DNA of 64,000 nucleotides from Patescibacteria group bacterium (GTDB lineage Bacteria; Patescibacteriota; Minisyncoccia; UBA6257; 2-01-FULL-56-20): NCBI GenBank assembly GCA_038063755.1, contig JBBTUL010000006.1, positions 26,910 to 90,909 of the forward strand, read 5' to 3'. Shown piece by piece: positions 44,402 to 54,343 of this stretch (position 1 is its first letter; each line of letters starts with the position of its first letter). The notes under the pieces were generated by a model. It saw only the letters and a program-made list of their open reading frames with translations, ran no database searches and was not told where the DNA came from. The position numbers and the translations under genes were made by a program.

Positions 44402-45676
44402 TCAGCGGGTTCGACGAGACGGAAACCTTCGACTTCTCCCAGAATATCCTCCCGATGTTGACGGTCGAGAGCTTCCGAAGGATGGTCGATGTGGGGGCTT
44501 GTGCGCAAAACGATTTGAACCGAAAGAAGGTTCGTGACTATAGGGAGCTGCTGCTCGTGCGGGCGGAAGATCGGGCAGCTTGGAAAGTGGCAAGGTAGAG
44601 CGGATAAGACGCTCAATGTCGCGAACGCTTCCTCGCTCATCGGGCGATGCGAAGGAAATTGCATGTCCCAAGCCGCCGGCGCGAGCAGTTCTTCCAATAC
44701 GGTGCACATAATCTTCCGAACTCTGCGGAAGGTCGTAATTTATCACTAATTCGATCCCCTTCACGTCTATCCCTCGGGCCGCGATATCGGTCGCAACGAG
44801 GATTCGATACTTGCCGTTCTTGAAGCCGTCGAGCGCTTCTCGCCTTTGGCTCAAGGAACGGTTTGAATGAATCTCGGCCGATGCATGCCCCATAACGCGG
44901 ACCCCTGCGGCAATTCTTTTTGCCCCGTGTTTCGTTCTCGAAAAAACAAGAACGGAACCGCGATACTCTCCGAGTACTTTTTCGAGCAGCCTTGACTTAT
45001 CGTGTTTCTGAACAACAAATAATTCTTGAGTAACCTTTGTGGCAGTCGTCCCAGAAGGCGCAACTTCAATTTGCGCCGGAATCTTCATGTACTTTTTAGC
45101 TATGGCGACGATGTTCTGCGGCATCGTTGCTGAAAAAAGCAATGTCTGTCTCTTTTCGGGAACGACCTGCAATATCCGCTGCAACTGCGGAGCGAAGCCC
45201 ATATCAAGCATTCTGTCCGCCTCGTCGAGAACCAAAACCGAAACGGATTTGAGAGTAACTGTCTTCTGTTCTAAATGATCGATAATTCGTCCTGGAGTTC
45301 CGATAACTATCTGTGGGTCGCGACGCATCGAACGAATCTGTCGGCTGATAGGTTCTCCGCCGATTAAGACGACCGTATAAACACCGAGCGGCGTTCCAAT
45401 CTTGCGAAGCATCTCGTCGACTTGAATCGCAAGTTCTCTTGTAGGAACAATTACGAGCCCCTTTCCGCCGCGCAGCACCGCCTGTATCATCGGAATGCCG
45501 AACGCAAGAGTTTTACCCGTCCCCGTCTGTGCAATTCCAACTAAATCCTTCCCTTCGATCGCCGCGGGAATTGACCTCTCTTGAATAGGAGTTGGAACAA
45601 CAAACCGAAGTCGATCAAGAACTCCGAGAATGTTGGGCGCGATACCGAGACTGTAGAATCCGGAATGTTGTTCCAT
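44402..45676 (-). CDS. DEAD-box ATP-dependent RNA helicase
   Basis: Q motif (PTPIQ), Walker A AQTGTGKT, DEAD (VLDEAD), SAT, HRIGRTAR, and an RG/S-rich C-terminal tail. Trimmed to MEQHSGF. Confidence 0.85.
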   Translation of the reverse strand: MEQHSGFYSLGIAPNILGVLDRLRFVVPTPIQERSIPAAIEGKDLVGIAQTGTGKTLAFGIPMIQAVLRGGKGLVIVPTRELAIQVDEMLRKIGTPLGVYTVVLIGGEPISRQIRSMRRDPQIVIGTPGRIIDHLEQKTVTLKSVSVLVLDEADRMLDMGFAPQLQRILQVVPEKRQTLLFSATMPQNIVAIAKKYMKIPAQIEVAPSGTTATKVTQELFVVQKHDKSRLLEKVLGEYRGSVLVFSRTKHGAKRIAAGVRVMGHASAEIHSNRSLSQRREALDGFKNGKYRILVATDIAARGIDVKGIELVINYDLPQSSEDYVHRIGRTARAGGLGHAISFASPDERGSVRDIERLIRSTLPLSKLPDLPPARAAAPYSHEPSFGSNRFAHKPPHRPSFGSSRPSTSGGYSGRSRRFPSRRTR

Positions 45677-45680
45677 TTCT

Positions 45681-46220
45681 TTATTTTTCTGCAACGATAA
45701 TAAGACAGGGAAAGATATTCCGGAACTCAAAGTAGACCCTCGTCTTTGCAAAGTGCTTTTTCAACAAGGACACCATCACGGTCGTGTATTGATGGAAAAC
45801 AATAAGTCGTCCACGAGAAGAAAGCGCCCGATAAGCGTCCTCGACAAACCGAGATCGCTCTTCGCGCGAAAGGAGCGAAAAAGGCATGCTTGAAACAACA
45901 ACGTCAACATTCGAGGTCGCTTTTATCACGCTTTCAGCTTCCTGGGCGGTCGCGTAAACAACGTCCATTCTCGGATCATGTATTTCCCGAAGCATACGGA
46001 CGAAATCTTCGTTCGGCTCGATCGCAATAAGTCGTCCTTCTGGCGAAAGAACGTCAAGAAGGGCCCTAGTGAGCGCCCCATCCCCCGGTCCATATTCAAG
46101 GACGCTATTGACTGGATGCCCGAGAAACCCCAAAACACGCCTTATTACATAGCGCGAACTCCTCGCAATGGCACCAACCCGGAAGTCATTTATGGCCGTT
46201 TTTATGAACTTTATTGCCAT
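45681..46220 (-). CDS. class I SAM-dependent methyltransferase (rRNA adenine dimethylase-like motif I)
   Basis: VLEYGPGDGALTRALL resembles the KsgA/Erm motif I; 179 aa. Confidence 0.45.
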   Translation of the reverse strand: MAIKFIKTAINDFRVGAIARSSRYVIRRVLGFLGHPVNSVLEYGPGDGALTRALLDVLSPEGRLIAIEPNEDFVRMLREIHDPRMDVVYATAQEAESVIKATSNVDVVVSSMPFSLLSREERSRFVEDAYRALSSRGRLIVFHQYTTVMVSLLKKHFAKTRVYFEFRNIFPCLIIVAEK

Positions 46221-46333
46221 GGGTAGGAATGGTAGCTCTTATGCTGAATTATAGCAATTTTATCCACAGTTGACATCCATGTTTTCTCAATATAAAATAC
46301 ACGTAAATAGTTAAAGTAACTTACATATACAAA

Positions 46334-46993
46334 ATGTCTTTGGAACTCAGCGAAAAACAGCAAGCAGTACTCGATCATATTTGCTGGTATATCGAACGAT
46401 ATGGAATCTCCCCTACCCTAGATGAAATCCGAAAAGCGATCGGTGTCTCTTCGATCCAGACAGTGGTCCAACATCTTGCCGCAATCGAACGCAAAGGATT
46501 TATTCAGCGCGATCGAAACGCAAAGAGAAATATCCGTATTGTTGGTCAGAAAAAAAACGATGCATTGGTTTCGGTTCCCGTATTCGCCTCTGTTGGTTGT
46601 GGCATTCCAAGTGTCCTTACCGAACGCGTCTTTGACGAATATGTTCAAGTCTCGAATGCTCTTGTTCGCAGAATCGTCGACAAAAAAGATCTTGTGATTA
46701 TTCGAGCGGTCGGAGACTCAATGCAAGATGCAGGAGTTCGAGACGGTGATTTTGTCCTTGTCGAGAAAACAGACGACGTAAAAACCGGCGATCTCGTCGT
46801 AACCATCATCGACGACACGGCGCTTCTCAAAAAACTTACCATCACGAAAAATGCGATTATCCTCGATCCAGTAACGCAAGACAAATCATACCCGCGCATA
46901 ATCATGAGCCGCGATTTCCAGATTTTTGGAAAAATGATAGACATCATCCGCGTAGCCGAAAGTGAAGACTTTCAGATAATTCCGGCACAGTAA
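46334..46993 (+). CDS. lexA: LexA repressor (S24 peptidase)
   Basis: N-terminal wHTH (LSEKQQAVLDHICWYIERYGISPTLDEI) and C-terminal S24 domain with VGDSMQDAGVRDGDFVLV...K. Confidence 0.8.
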   Translation: MSLELSEKQQAVLDHICWYIERYGISPTLDEIRKAIGVSSIQTVVQHLAAIERKGFIQRDRNAKRNIRIVGQKKNDALVSVPVFASVGCGIPSVLTERVFDEYVQVSNALVRRIVDKKDLVIIRAVGDSMQDAGVRDGDFVLVEKTDDVKTGDLVVTIIDDTALLKKLTITKNAIILDPVTQDKSYPRIIMSRDFQIFGKMIDIIRVAESEDFQIIPAQ

Positions 46994-47001
46994 GTATTCT
47001 C

Positions 47002-47040
47002 AAAAAATAAAACCGCTCGTTTGTCGGGCGGTTGTTTGAT
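47002..47040 (-). terminator. intrinsic terminator (convergent genes)
   Basis: Minus strand: AACCGCCCG-ACAAA-CGAGCGGTT stem-loop followed by TTTTATTTTTT. Confidence 0.45.
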
Positions 47041-47041
47041 C

Positions 47042-47491
47042 CTAGAGATGTGCTCCGGATCGATCATTGAAAAGCATTTCTACCTCGCTCCCGCAATCCG
47101 TGGAGGAATCCGCAAATTGAGAAATCTTTATCTCATCCTCCGCAGAAAAGTCCATAATAAACTCCTTTACCTTCTCAAGAAACGCTTCGTTTTCCTCACC
47201 TATCAGCTCGAAGCTCTCGCCGAAGAGGGCGTCCACAATCTCCACGAGACCTCCCGCGGTCCTCACGGCGCGAATGCTGTCGATAAGCTTTTGATTTGGA
47301 AATTCTGCCTGTAAAGGGCTCGTAAGGAGCTCGCGGAGCCACTCAGGTTTTTTCACTTTTCTTCTCCTTGTATCGGGTACTGTCTCTACCATATACCAAA
47401 AAATTATAAAAGTGAACCAGAAGTACGAATACACAGAAGCCCCCACATCAAGTACAATTGAGATCATGACAAAGAAAGTAAGCGTACTCAT
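47042..47491 (-). CDS. hypothetical protein
   Basis: One N-terminal TM then an acidic helical domain. The start is uncertain; the listed start at 47542 overlaps the divergent gene. Confidence 0.35.
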   Translation of the reverse strand: MSTLTFFVMISIVLDVGASVYSYFWFTFIIFWYMVETVPDTRRRKVKKPEWLRELLTSPLQAEFPNQKLIDSIRAVRTAGGLVEIVDALFGESFELIGEENEAFLEKVKEFIMDFSAEDEIKISQFADSSTDCGSEVEMLFNDRSGAHL

Positions 47492-47524
47492 ACTCTCCGG
47501 AGGTCCCTCAAACGAGCGGGAAGA

Positions 47525-48277
47525 ATGAAAATTATTGTTCAAAACCTAGCAGTAGAATATCAAGATGAGGGCGCTGGCAAGATCGTTCTTTTTTTGCATG
47601 GTTGGCACGACAATCTTCATACCTTTGATTCCCTAGTCTCTCTCTTGTCTCCAACGTTGAGGATAATCCGACTTGACCTACCCGGATTCGGTAATAGCGA
47701 AACACCGAAAGAGGCTTGGGACTTGGATCATTATGTCCGATTCGTTGAGGACTTTACTCGGAAGCTTAATATTCAAGTTGATGCGCTTGTTGGTCATTCC
47801 TTCGGCGGACGAATTACTATAAAGGGCGAGGCCGCAGAAAACCTTCACGCGCAAAAAATTGTGCTCATAGGCTCGGCTGGCATAACCAAAAATCGTATAT
47901 TCCTCAGTTCGCTTTTTAAGATCCTGGCCAAAGTCGGAGGGCTCATAGCCTACGTACCACCCTTGGTCTTTTGGAGAAAAGGGCTGCGGAAAAGAATGTA
48001 TGATTTCATCGGTAGCGATTATCTGAACGCTGGAGCATTAAAAAAAACTTTTTTGAAGGTTATTTCCGAAGACCTTAGTGAAAACGCAAAAAAAATAACA
48101 GCCCAAACACTTTTAATTTGGGGCGGAGACGATACCGAAACCCCTCTGTCTGACGGAAAACGATTGTCCCGACTGATTCGCAATTCTAAGTTGGAAGTAA
48201 TAAGCGGAGCTGGACACTTTGTTCATCGAGAGAAGCATCGAGAGGTCGCAAGATTAATACGAGAATTTTTATGGTAA
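47525..48277 (+). CDS. alpha/beta hydrolase fold protein
   Basis: IVLFLHGWHDNL..., GHSFGG nucleophile elbow, C-terminal GAGHFVH. Confidence 0.7.
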   Translation: MKIIVQNLAVEYQDEGAGKIVLFLHGWHDNLHTFDSLVSLLSPTLRIIRLDLPGFGNSETPKEAWDLDHYVRFVEDFTRKLNIQVDALVGHSFGGRITIKGEAAENLHAQKIVLIGSAGITKNRIFLSSLFKILAKVGGLIAYVPPLVFWRKGLRKRMYDFIGSDYLNAGALKKTFLKVISEDLSENAKKITAQTLLIWGGDDTETPLSDGKRLSRLIRNSKLEVISGAGHFVHREKHREVARLIREFLW

Positions 48278-49704
48278 GAAATTGGCTATCACGCTACAAT
48301 CTACGATACCCGCGATCTCTCGTGTATATGCTTCAGGCAAGTGAATATAACATTTTTGACTATTTAACTTGGTATCGAAAAACACGAAATTTTAACCTCG
48401 TTGAAAAGCGCAAAGGGCTTGTCAGGACTACGAAAAGTCTTTTGCTTCTTGTTATTTCCTGGTCTATGGTCCTTTTCCTCTCCGGCATAGGAATCTTTCT
48501 GCTTTTGATTTACACGGGCCAATTTAAATATGTTTTTTTCTTTCTGGTCGTGATTTTTTCACCGCATCTTTTAGCGTACGGAATAATTATTCCGCTTCTC
48601 ACCACCAGGGTCATGGTTCAGTGGCCGGCTGAGCTCCTGATAGTTAACGCGGCGAAAAGAAAACTAAAAATCCATACTGCGATAAAAATTGGAGTTGCAG
48701 GAAGTTTTGGCAAAACAACTATGCGCGAAATCCTTAAAACCGTTTTGTCTGAAGGCAAAAAGGTTGCCGCTCCTCCCCATAGCCACAACACCCCGTTGGG
48801 AATTAGCCGGTTTGCAAAGACACTCAAGGGAGATGAAGAGGTTTTGATTTTTGAATTGGGAGAATACTGTCCGGGCGATGTACGAAGGTTGTGTAATTTA
48901 GTCCAGCCAAGCATGGGAGTTATAACCGGCGTCAATGAGGCACATTTGCAGAGATTTAAATCGCTAGAACGAACGGTTGGGACGATTTATGAGCTTTCAG
49001 ACTATCTTGGTAAAAAACCCGTCTACGTAAATGGCGAAAGTGAGCTTGGTCAAAAAAACGCCCGCCCAAACCACTTCGTGTACAGCCGCAAAGGCGTAAG
49101 GGGCTGGAAAATTGAGAACCAAAAAACTGATTTAACAGGAACATCTTTTATTATGACGAAGAATGATATGGGGCTTGAGATGAAATCGGCACTTTTGGGC
49201 TTGCACCAGGTTGGCCCACTTGCGGCAGCGGCTGATATTGCTTTAATCCTCGGATTGTCTCCCGAGCAGGTTAAGAGCGGCGTTAACAAAACAACACCCT
49301 TCAGCCATCGCTTGGAACTAAAAACCGATGATGCTGGAGTCGTCACCCTAGATGACAGCTACAACGGTAACCCTGACGGATTTAATGCGGCGATCGACTT
49401 TTTGGCGTCCCTGGAAGGTTGTCGGAGATTTTACGTCACGCCTGGCCTCGTAGAAATGGGATCACAAACCGAGGAGGTACATAGACAAATTGGCAGAAGG
49501 CTGGCAAGGACGAGTATAGAAAAAGTCGTACTGGTAAAAAATTCTGTAACCCCCTATATTGAACAAGGCCTAAAGGAAGAGGAGTACCATGGTGAGATAA
49601 TATGGTTTAACGATGCCCTAGCGGCCTTTGTCGCCTTGCCGCTTTTGACCGTAAAAGGAGATGTTGTTTTATTGCAAAATGACTGGCCTGATCAATATCA
49701 ATAA
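48271..49704 (+). CDS. Mur ligase family protein (MurF-like) with an unusual N-terminal membrane region
   Basis: IGVAGSFGKTTMREIL P-loop, and the Mur ligase middle and C-terminal domains (DDSYNGNP). The first ~110 aa are hydrophobic (two TM segments) in place of the usual N-terminal domain. Confidence 0.6.
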   Translation: MVRNWLSRYNLRYPRSLVYMLQASEYNIFDYLTWYRKTRNFNLVEKRKGLVRTTKSLLLLVISWSMVLFLSGIGIFLLLIYTGQFKYVFFFLVVIFSPHLLAYGIIIPLLTTRVMVQWPAELLIVNAAKRKLKIHTAIKIGVAGSFGKTTMREILKTVLSEGKKVAAPPHSHNTPLGISRFAKTLKGDEEVLIFELGEYCPGDVRRLCNLVQPSMGVITGVNEAHLQRFKSLERTVGTIYELSDYLGKKPVYVNGESELGQKNARPNHFVYSRKGVRGWKIENQKTDLTGTSFIMTKNDMGLEMKSALLGLHQVGPLAAAADIALILGLSPEQVKSGVNKTTPFSHRLELKTDDAGVVTLDDSYNGNPDGFNAAIDFLASLEGCRRFYVTPGLVEMGSQTEEVHRQIGRRLARTSIEKVVLVKNSVTPYIEQGLKEEEYHGEIIWFNDALAAFVALPLLTVKGDVVLLQNDWPDQYQ

Positions 49705-49719
49705 TCTAGAATAGATACC

Positions 49720-50883
49720 ATGAAGAAAACCATCGCTGTCGTTTTTGGAGGTCGTAGCGCTGAACATGATGTATCCATCATCACCGCACACACACCAATC
49801 ATCCAGTCGCTTTTGGCGCTAGGACAGTTTGATGTTTGGCCAATCTATATTGCAAAAGACGGGTCTTGGTATTCTGATCAGGCGATGAACGACCTCGCAT
49901 ATTTCAAACAAGATAATTTTCTGGAACATTTGGCGAGACAAAAAAAGGTTAGAATCCTGTTTGATAAGGGACTAAAAATTATCTGGCCAGGCATCAGGCA
50001 AAAGACTGTCCAAATCGACATTGTCTTTCCTGCAATGCACGGCACCCTTGGTGAAGATGGAAGCTTGATGGGGCTTCTACGCATGGCAGATGTTCCTTTC
50101 GTCGGTTGCGACCTATTTGCTTCTGCCGTTTCGATGGATAAGGTCTTAACAAAACAAATTCTAGCCGTCGAAAACATTTCTGTTGTACCGTACACTTGGT
50201 TCACGCGGAACGATTGGGGAACAGATAGAAGTGCTTGTATCGAAAAGATTGCAGGGCTAGGTTGGCCGGTTTTTGTGAAACCAGTCCATCTCGGCTCTAG
50301 TATAGGCATCACCAAGGCCAAACAGAGCTCCGAGCTTGAAAACGCTATCGAGGTTGCTTTCCACTACGACGATAAGGTGCTCGTGGAAAAAAGCGTGGAA
50401 AACCTTATTGAAGTGACTCTTCCGATTATGGGCAATGAGGAGCTGCGCCTTGCGGCGATAGAACGACCCCTGAACAAAACAGAATTTTTTGACTTTAGCG
50501 ACAAGTACCTCTCGGGAAACAAAAATGGTGGTGGAGTAAATAGTCGGTATAGCGAGATTCCGGCAAATATTGATAAGGAGCTTGCAGGACGAGTAGAGGA
50601 TCTAGGAAAGAGGACATACCGTACGCTTGGGTGTTCCGGAATAGCCAGAGTTGATTTTCTAGTTGATGAAACATCCAGACAGATCTACGTAAACGAGGTA
50701 AACACACTTCCAGGAAGTCTTTACTATCATAATTGGAAAAAAGCTGGAATTTCTGCAGTGGAGCTTGTCGCTAAACTGGTTTTCTTAGCAGAAGAGCGCT
50801 TCGCTTCACAACAAAAGACAACTTATACGTTTCATTCTGACATTCTGAAAAAAGCAGGTGGTCAAAAGAGGATGGCTGGATAA
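49720..50883 (+). CDS. ddl: D-alanine--D-alanine ligase
   Basis: MKKTIAVVFGGRSAEHDVSI...HGTLGEDGSLMGLLRMADVPFVGC...ATP-grasp...NEVNTLPG. Confidence 0.85.
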   Translation: MKKTIAVVFGGRSAEHDVSIITAHTPIIQSLLALGQFDVWPIYIAKDGSWYSDQAMNDLAYFKQDNFLEHLARQKKVRILFDKGLKIIWPGIRQKTVQIDIVFPAMHGTLGEDGSLMGLLRMADVPFVGCDLFASAVSMDKVLTKQILAVENISVVPYTWFTRNDWGTDRSACIEKIAGLGWPVFVKPVHLGSSIGITKAKQSSELENAIEVAFHYDDKVLVEKSVENLIEVTLPIMGNEELRLAAIERPLNKTEFFDFSDKYLSGNKNGGGVNSRYSEIPANIDKELAGRVEDLGKRTYRTLGCSGIARVDFLVDETSRQIYVNEVNTLPGSLYYHNWKKAGISAVELVAKLVFLAEERFASQQKTTYTFHSDILKKAGGQKRMAG

Positions 50884-50984
50884 TACAGTACCACAAAAAC
50901 TCCTTTCGCCGTGCTTTAAATCACTCTCAAAAGTACGTTTTTGGTCGCCATCTGAAACGCTTTGCGGTGGTTTCGTGTGATTGA

Positions 50985-51010
50985 ATAAAAAATCCCCTCC
51001 TTGGGGGGAT
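50985..51010 (-). terminator. intrinsic terminator after the 51011-51409 gene
   Basis: Minus strand: ATCCCC-CCAAGGA-GGGGAT hairpin then TTTTTTATT. Confidence 0.5.
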
Positions 51011-51409
51011 CTATGAAGCAGACACTTTCGGAAAAATGAGCGTCGCATATTGACCGGCTTTGAAGTAAATGCACTCCTCGCCGATAACCCATGCGATCTC
51101 TGCGAGCTTTGCGAGAAGGAGCGGAATCCTGTCCTTACCGACGAATGAAACCTCGAATCGCCGGCATCGGTCATGGAACACAATCCGTTCGTGATTCCGC
51201 CACACACCATAACTCTTGGCCGCGTAAGTCGTATAGGCTCCGAAATTCTCGGCGAGGAAATTTTCGAGGCCGGCAAGGACGGTTTTTCCGTTTACGGGCA
51301 TCCCAAGCTTCTCTTCCGGCAGGAGAAACTCCGCCGGTCGCCCAAGGTCTTCGAGCGCGTAACCCGGACCACCCATGTCGGCCCATTTGTTCTTGTGTTG
51401 TTTCCTCAC
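51011..51409 (-). CDS. hypothetical protein
   Basis: 132-aa ORF ending with a good terminator; no motif recognised. Confidence 0.35.
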   Translation of the reverse strand: MRKQHKNKWADMGGPGYALEDLGRPAEFLLPEEKLGMPVNGKTVLAGLENFLAENFGAYTTYAAKSYGVWRNHERIVFHDRCRRFEVSFVGKDRIPLLLAKLAEIAWVIGEECIYFKAGQYATLIFPKVSAS

Positions 51410-51504
51410 GCTTCCTCCTTACAAGGAACTACTGGTAGATTATTTGCGAAATCCGGCGCTGTCAAGATTGGACCATAAAAACACGCGTGCTATAATGGCG
51501 AAAT

Positions 51505-51819
51505 ATGAAACACGAACACTCAAAACTTGCGGCTCTCACCTATCTTTTATTTTTTGCTCCCCTCTTCACTAAACACAAGAACGATCCGTTCATGAAATAC
51601 CATACACACCAGGCGATTGGTCTTCTTATATTCGCACTCTCTCTCCAGGGTGCTATCTCGATTCTTGGGTACTGGGGCATCGCTCCTTTCGGCCTTCCGG
51701 TGTGGATCGTCCGATTCGTGCTCGTTTATGAGCTTATCGTCGGTGTTCGAAATGCCCTCGGTGGGAAAACGGCTCCGCTTCCCTGGATCGGAGACTATTC
51801 ACAAAGGCTTTTTTCTTAA
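51505..51819 (+). CDS. small membrane protein (hypothetical)
   Basis: 104 aa with two or three TM helices. Confidence 0.35.
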   Translation: MKHEHSKLAALTYLLFFAPLFTKHKNDPFMKYHTHQAIGLLIFALSLQGAISILGYWGIAPFGLPVWIVRFVLVYELIVGVRNALGGKTAPLPWIGDYSQRLFS

Positions 51820-51863
51820 GGCACCGAAACGCAGATACTCGTGAAGCCTGTGCAGATCTGGTG

Positions 51864-52901
51864 CTATACCGTCTCCCACGGCAGCCCTGCCTTTCCGAAG
51901 TGGCCGTATGCAGCCGTCTTTCTATAGATCGGCCTTCGAAGATTGAGACGCTCGATAATAGCGGCTGGACGGAAGTCGAATCCTCGAACCACCTCTCCTG
52001 CGATGCTTTTTCCGTTCTCATCTATTGCCTCCACCATAAGCGGCTCAACCCTGCCAATGGCGTAAGCGACTGAAACAAGACATCTTTTCGCCTTCCCATT
52101 CGCAACCATGCTTTTTGCCGCAAGTCGTGCCATATATGCCGCAGATCGATCTACCTTCGTTGCGTCCTTCCCCGAAAAACATCCGCCACCATGCGGAGCA
52201 AGGCCACAATAGGTATCAACCATAATTTTCCTTCCGGTAAGCCCCGTATCCGCTGTGAAACCGCCCAAAACGAAACTTCCGGTCGGATTCACGAGAATCT
52301 CGTACTCTCCGTTCCCCACAAGCGGACGGATAAGATGATCGGAAAGCATACGCTTAATATCTTCTTGTCTCATAACTTCGTCGTGTTGTGTGCTTACAAG
52401 AATCGCCCGGATACGGCCGCCCTGAACCGTAATCTGTGTCTTCCCGTCCGGTTTAATCCATGAAAAATCACCGCTTCTCCTCATGTCTTCAAGGCCCTTC
52501 GCGAGCGCATGCACCTTCACGATCGCTTCCGGAAGATACTCGGACGTTTCGTTGGTAGCGAATCCGTACATAATTCCCTGATCTCCCGCACCACCTGGAT
52601 TTACTCCTTGAGCGATGTCCGGCGACTGCTCTGCAATATTCACTATTACGCGCAAATTATCTTCATACCCGATATCTCGGTATACGCTTCGAGCAACTGT
52701 TTCGTAGTCAACTTTTGCACGGGTTGTGACCTCGCCGCCAACCACAAGTAATCCGTGCCCGCCAAACGATTCGACTGCAACCCGACTTTGCGGGTCTCCC
52801 TTCAAGCACTCATCAAGAATTGCGTCTGAAATTTGATCACAAACCTTGTCCGGGTGTCCGGACGTAACGCTTTCTACGGTAAATGTTTTTGGGTAATACA
52901 T
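51864..52901 (-). CDS. metK: S-adenosylmethionine synthetase
   Basis: TVESVTSGHPDKVCDQISDAILD, GAGDQGIMYGFA, and the GGGCFSGKDATKVDRSAAYMAR P-loop. Confidence 0.85.
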   Translation of the reverse strand: MYYPKTFTVESVTSGHPDKVCDQISDAILDECLKGDPQSRVAVESFGGHGLLVVGGEVTTRAKVDYETVARSVYRDIGYEDNLRVIVNIAEQSPDIAQGVNPGGAGDQGIMYGFATNETSEYLPEAIVKVHALAKGLEDMRRSGDFSWIKPDGKTQITVQGGRIRAILVSTQHDEVMRQEDIKRMLSDHLIRPLVGNGEYEILVNPTGSFVLGGFTADTGLTGRKIMVDTYCGLAPHGGGCFSGKDATKVDRSAAYMARLAAKSMVANGKAKRCLVSVAYAIGRVEPLMVEAIDENGKSIAGEVVRGFDFRPAAIIERLNLRRPIYRKTAAYGHFGKAGLPWETV

Positions 52902-53149
52902 GTTGTTCTTTTTAATTTAAAACCCCTTCGCAAAAGGAAAGAGTAGTCGACTAGAATATCTCCCCTTCACGGGCTGGATGGAACACCTTTCTCAAGGAGT
53001 CATCCTTGAGGGGTTGTTGGGCGGATCATAGAACCAGAACTCTCCCCGCCTCTCGCGATACCAACTATTAAATTGTTCCGAAAGTATACCACACAAAAAA
53101 TCGTCAGATCAAAATCCAGCGTACAAAAAATAAAGGGCTCGACTTGGTC

Positions 53150-54343
53150 CTAAAAAATGCGCATCAATTCGTTAAACTTCACCATCCTTTCTCTTGTCGG
53201 AGCACCGATCTTCACGCCATCCGCCCCCCCTGCCTTCGCAAGGTGGATGATGAAGGCATCTTCCGTCTCTCCGGAACGATGCGAAACGATCGTTTTTATT
53301 CCCAGCCTCCGCGCGGCATTCATTGCCCAACATGCCTCCGTAACCGTCCCGATCTGATTCGGCTTTATGATAACTGCGTTTATAAGCCCCTCCTTTCCTG
53401 CCGTATCGATGCTCGCCGGATTTGTTGTCGTAAGATCATCCCCAACGACCCAGAGCGAAGGGTCGAGACGTCTTAACGCGGCAAAGCTAAATGAATCTTT
53501 CTCCCAAAAAGGATCTTCTATCGAAAAAAGAAGTTTTGACCTTCCACGGTAGCGACAATAGAGCGCGGAGAGCGCCTCTTCCGAAAGGAATTTTCCATCG
53601 ATATGATATTTTTCTTTTTTGTAGAAACCTGTTGCCGCAGCATCAATTGCGATGCCACACCACCGCGACATCTTCGTTTCCCTTAGTACGCGTTCAAGTA
53701 TCTGTATCGGTTCAAAATTATTCTTGAACTGCACCGAGTATCCCCCTTCGTCTCCAATGGGTACGCCCGACGGAAAACCCCGCCGCGCAAGAAGTTCGCC
53801 GATTTTCTGGTATGCCACGATGAGAGATGAAATCGCATTTTCATAGGAGGATTCTGGTCGGGCTACAATCATATATTCTTGAATTGAAAGGTTGTTCCTC
53901 CCGTGCGCCCCTCCGTTTATAACGTTTGAAAAGACATGAGGCCTCTTTTTTTCGGAAACTCCTTTGAAGAATTCCTTTCGGAGCGCCTGCCAGGTAGCTA
54001 TGCGCTTCTCGCTTCCCATGGCGCGAAGAGCCGCGATGGAAACGCTAAGCATCACATTTCCGCCAAGACGAGACTTGCTCTTCGTTCCATCAAGAGAAAG
54101 AAGTGCAGCATCTAGATCGGAAAGAGAGAAGAAGCTCTTTCCGCAGAGCGCCAGACCAATACGATTGACCGAAAAAACCCCTTTTCTCGCGGAGAAGACC
54201 GTAGCCTCATTACTTCCCGTGCTCTTTCCGGACGGAGTCGATGCTCGAAAAGTTTCTCCACGGGAGTTCGTAAGCTCTACTTCGATCGTTCTCTCGCCTC
54301 GGGAGTCGAAAATAGCTCGCGAACTTAGTTTTTTTATCTTCAT
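53150..54343 (-). CDS. eno: enolase (phosphopyruvate hydratase)
   Basis: IFDSRGERTIEVEL..., SHRSGETEDAFIIHLA signature, Mg-binding DD...E...D residues. Confidence 0.85.
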   Translation of the reverse strand: MKIKKLSSRAIFDSRGERTIEVELTNSRGETFRASTPSGKSTGSNEATVFSARKGVFSVNRIGLALCGKSFFSLSDLDAALLSLDGTKSKSRLGGNVMLSVSIAALRAMGSEKRIATWQALRKEFFKGVSEKKRPHVFSNVINGGAHGRNNLSIQEYMIVARPESSYENAISSLIVAYQKIGELLARRGFPSGVPIGDEGGYSVQFKNNFEPIQILERVLRETKMSRWCGIAIDAAATGFYKKEKYHIDGKFLSEEALSALYCRYRGRSKLLFSIEDPFWEKDSFSFAALRRLDPSLWVVGDDLTTTNPASIDTAGKEGLINAVIIKPNQIGTVTEACWAMNAARRLGIKTIVSHRSGETEDAFIIHLAKAGGADGVKIGAPTRERMVKFNELMRIF

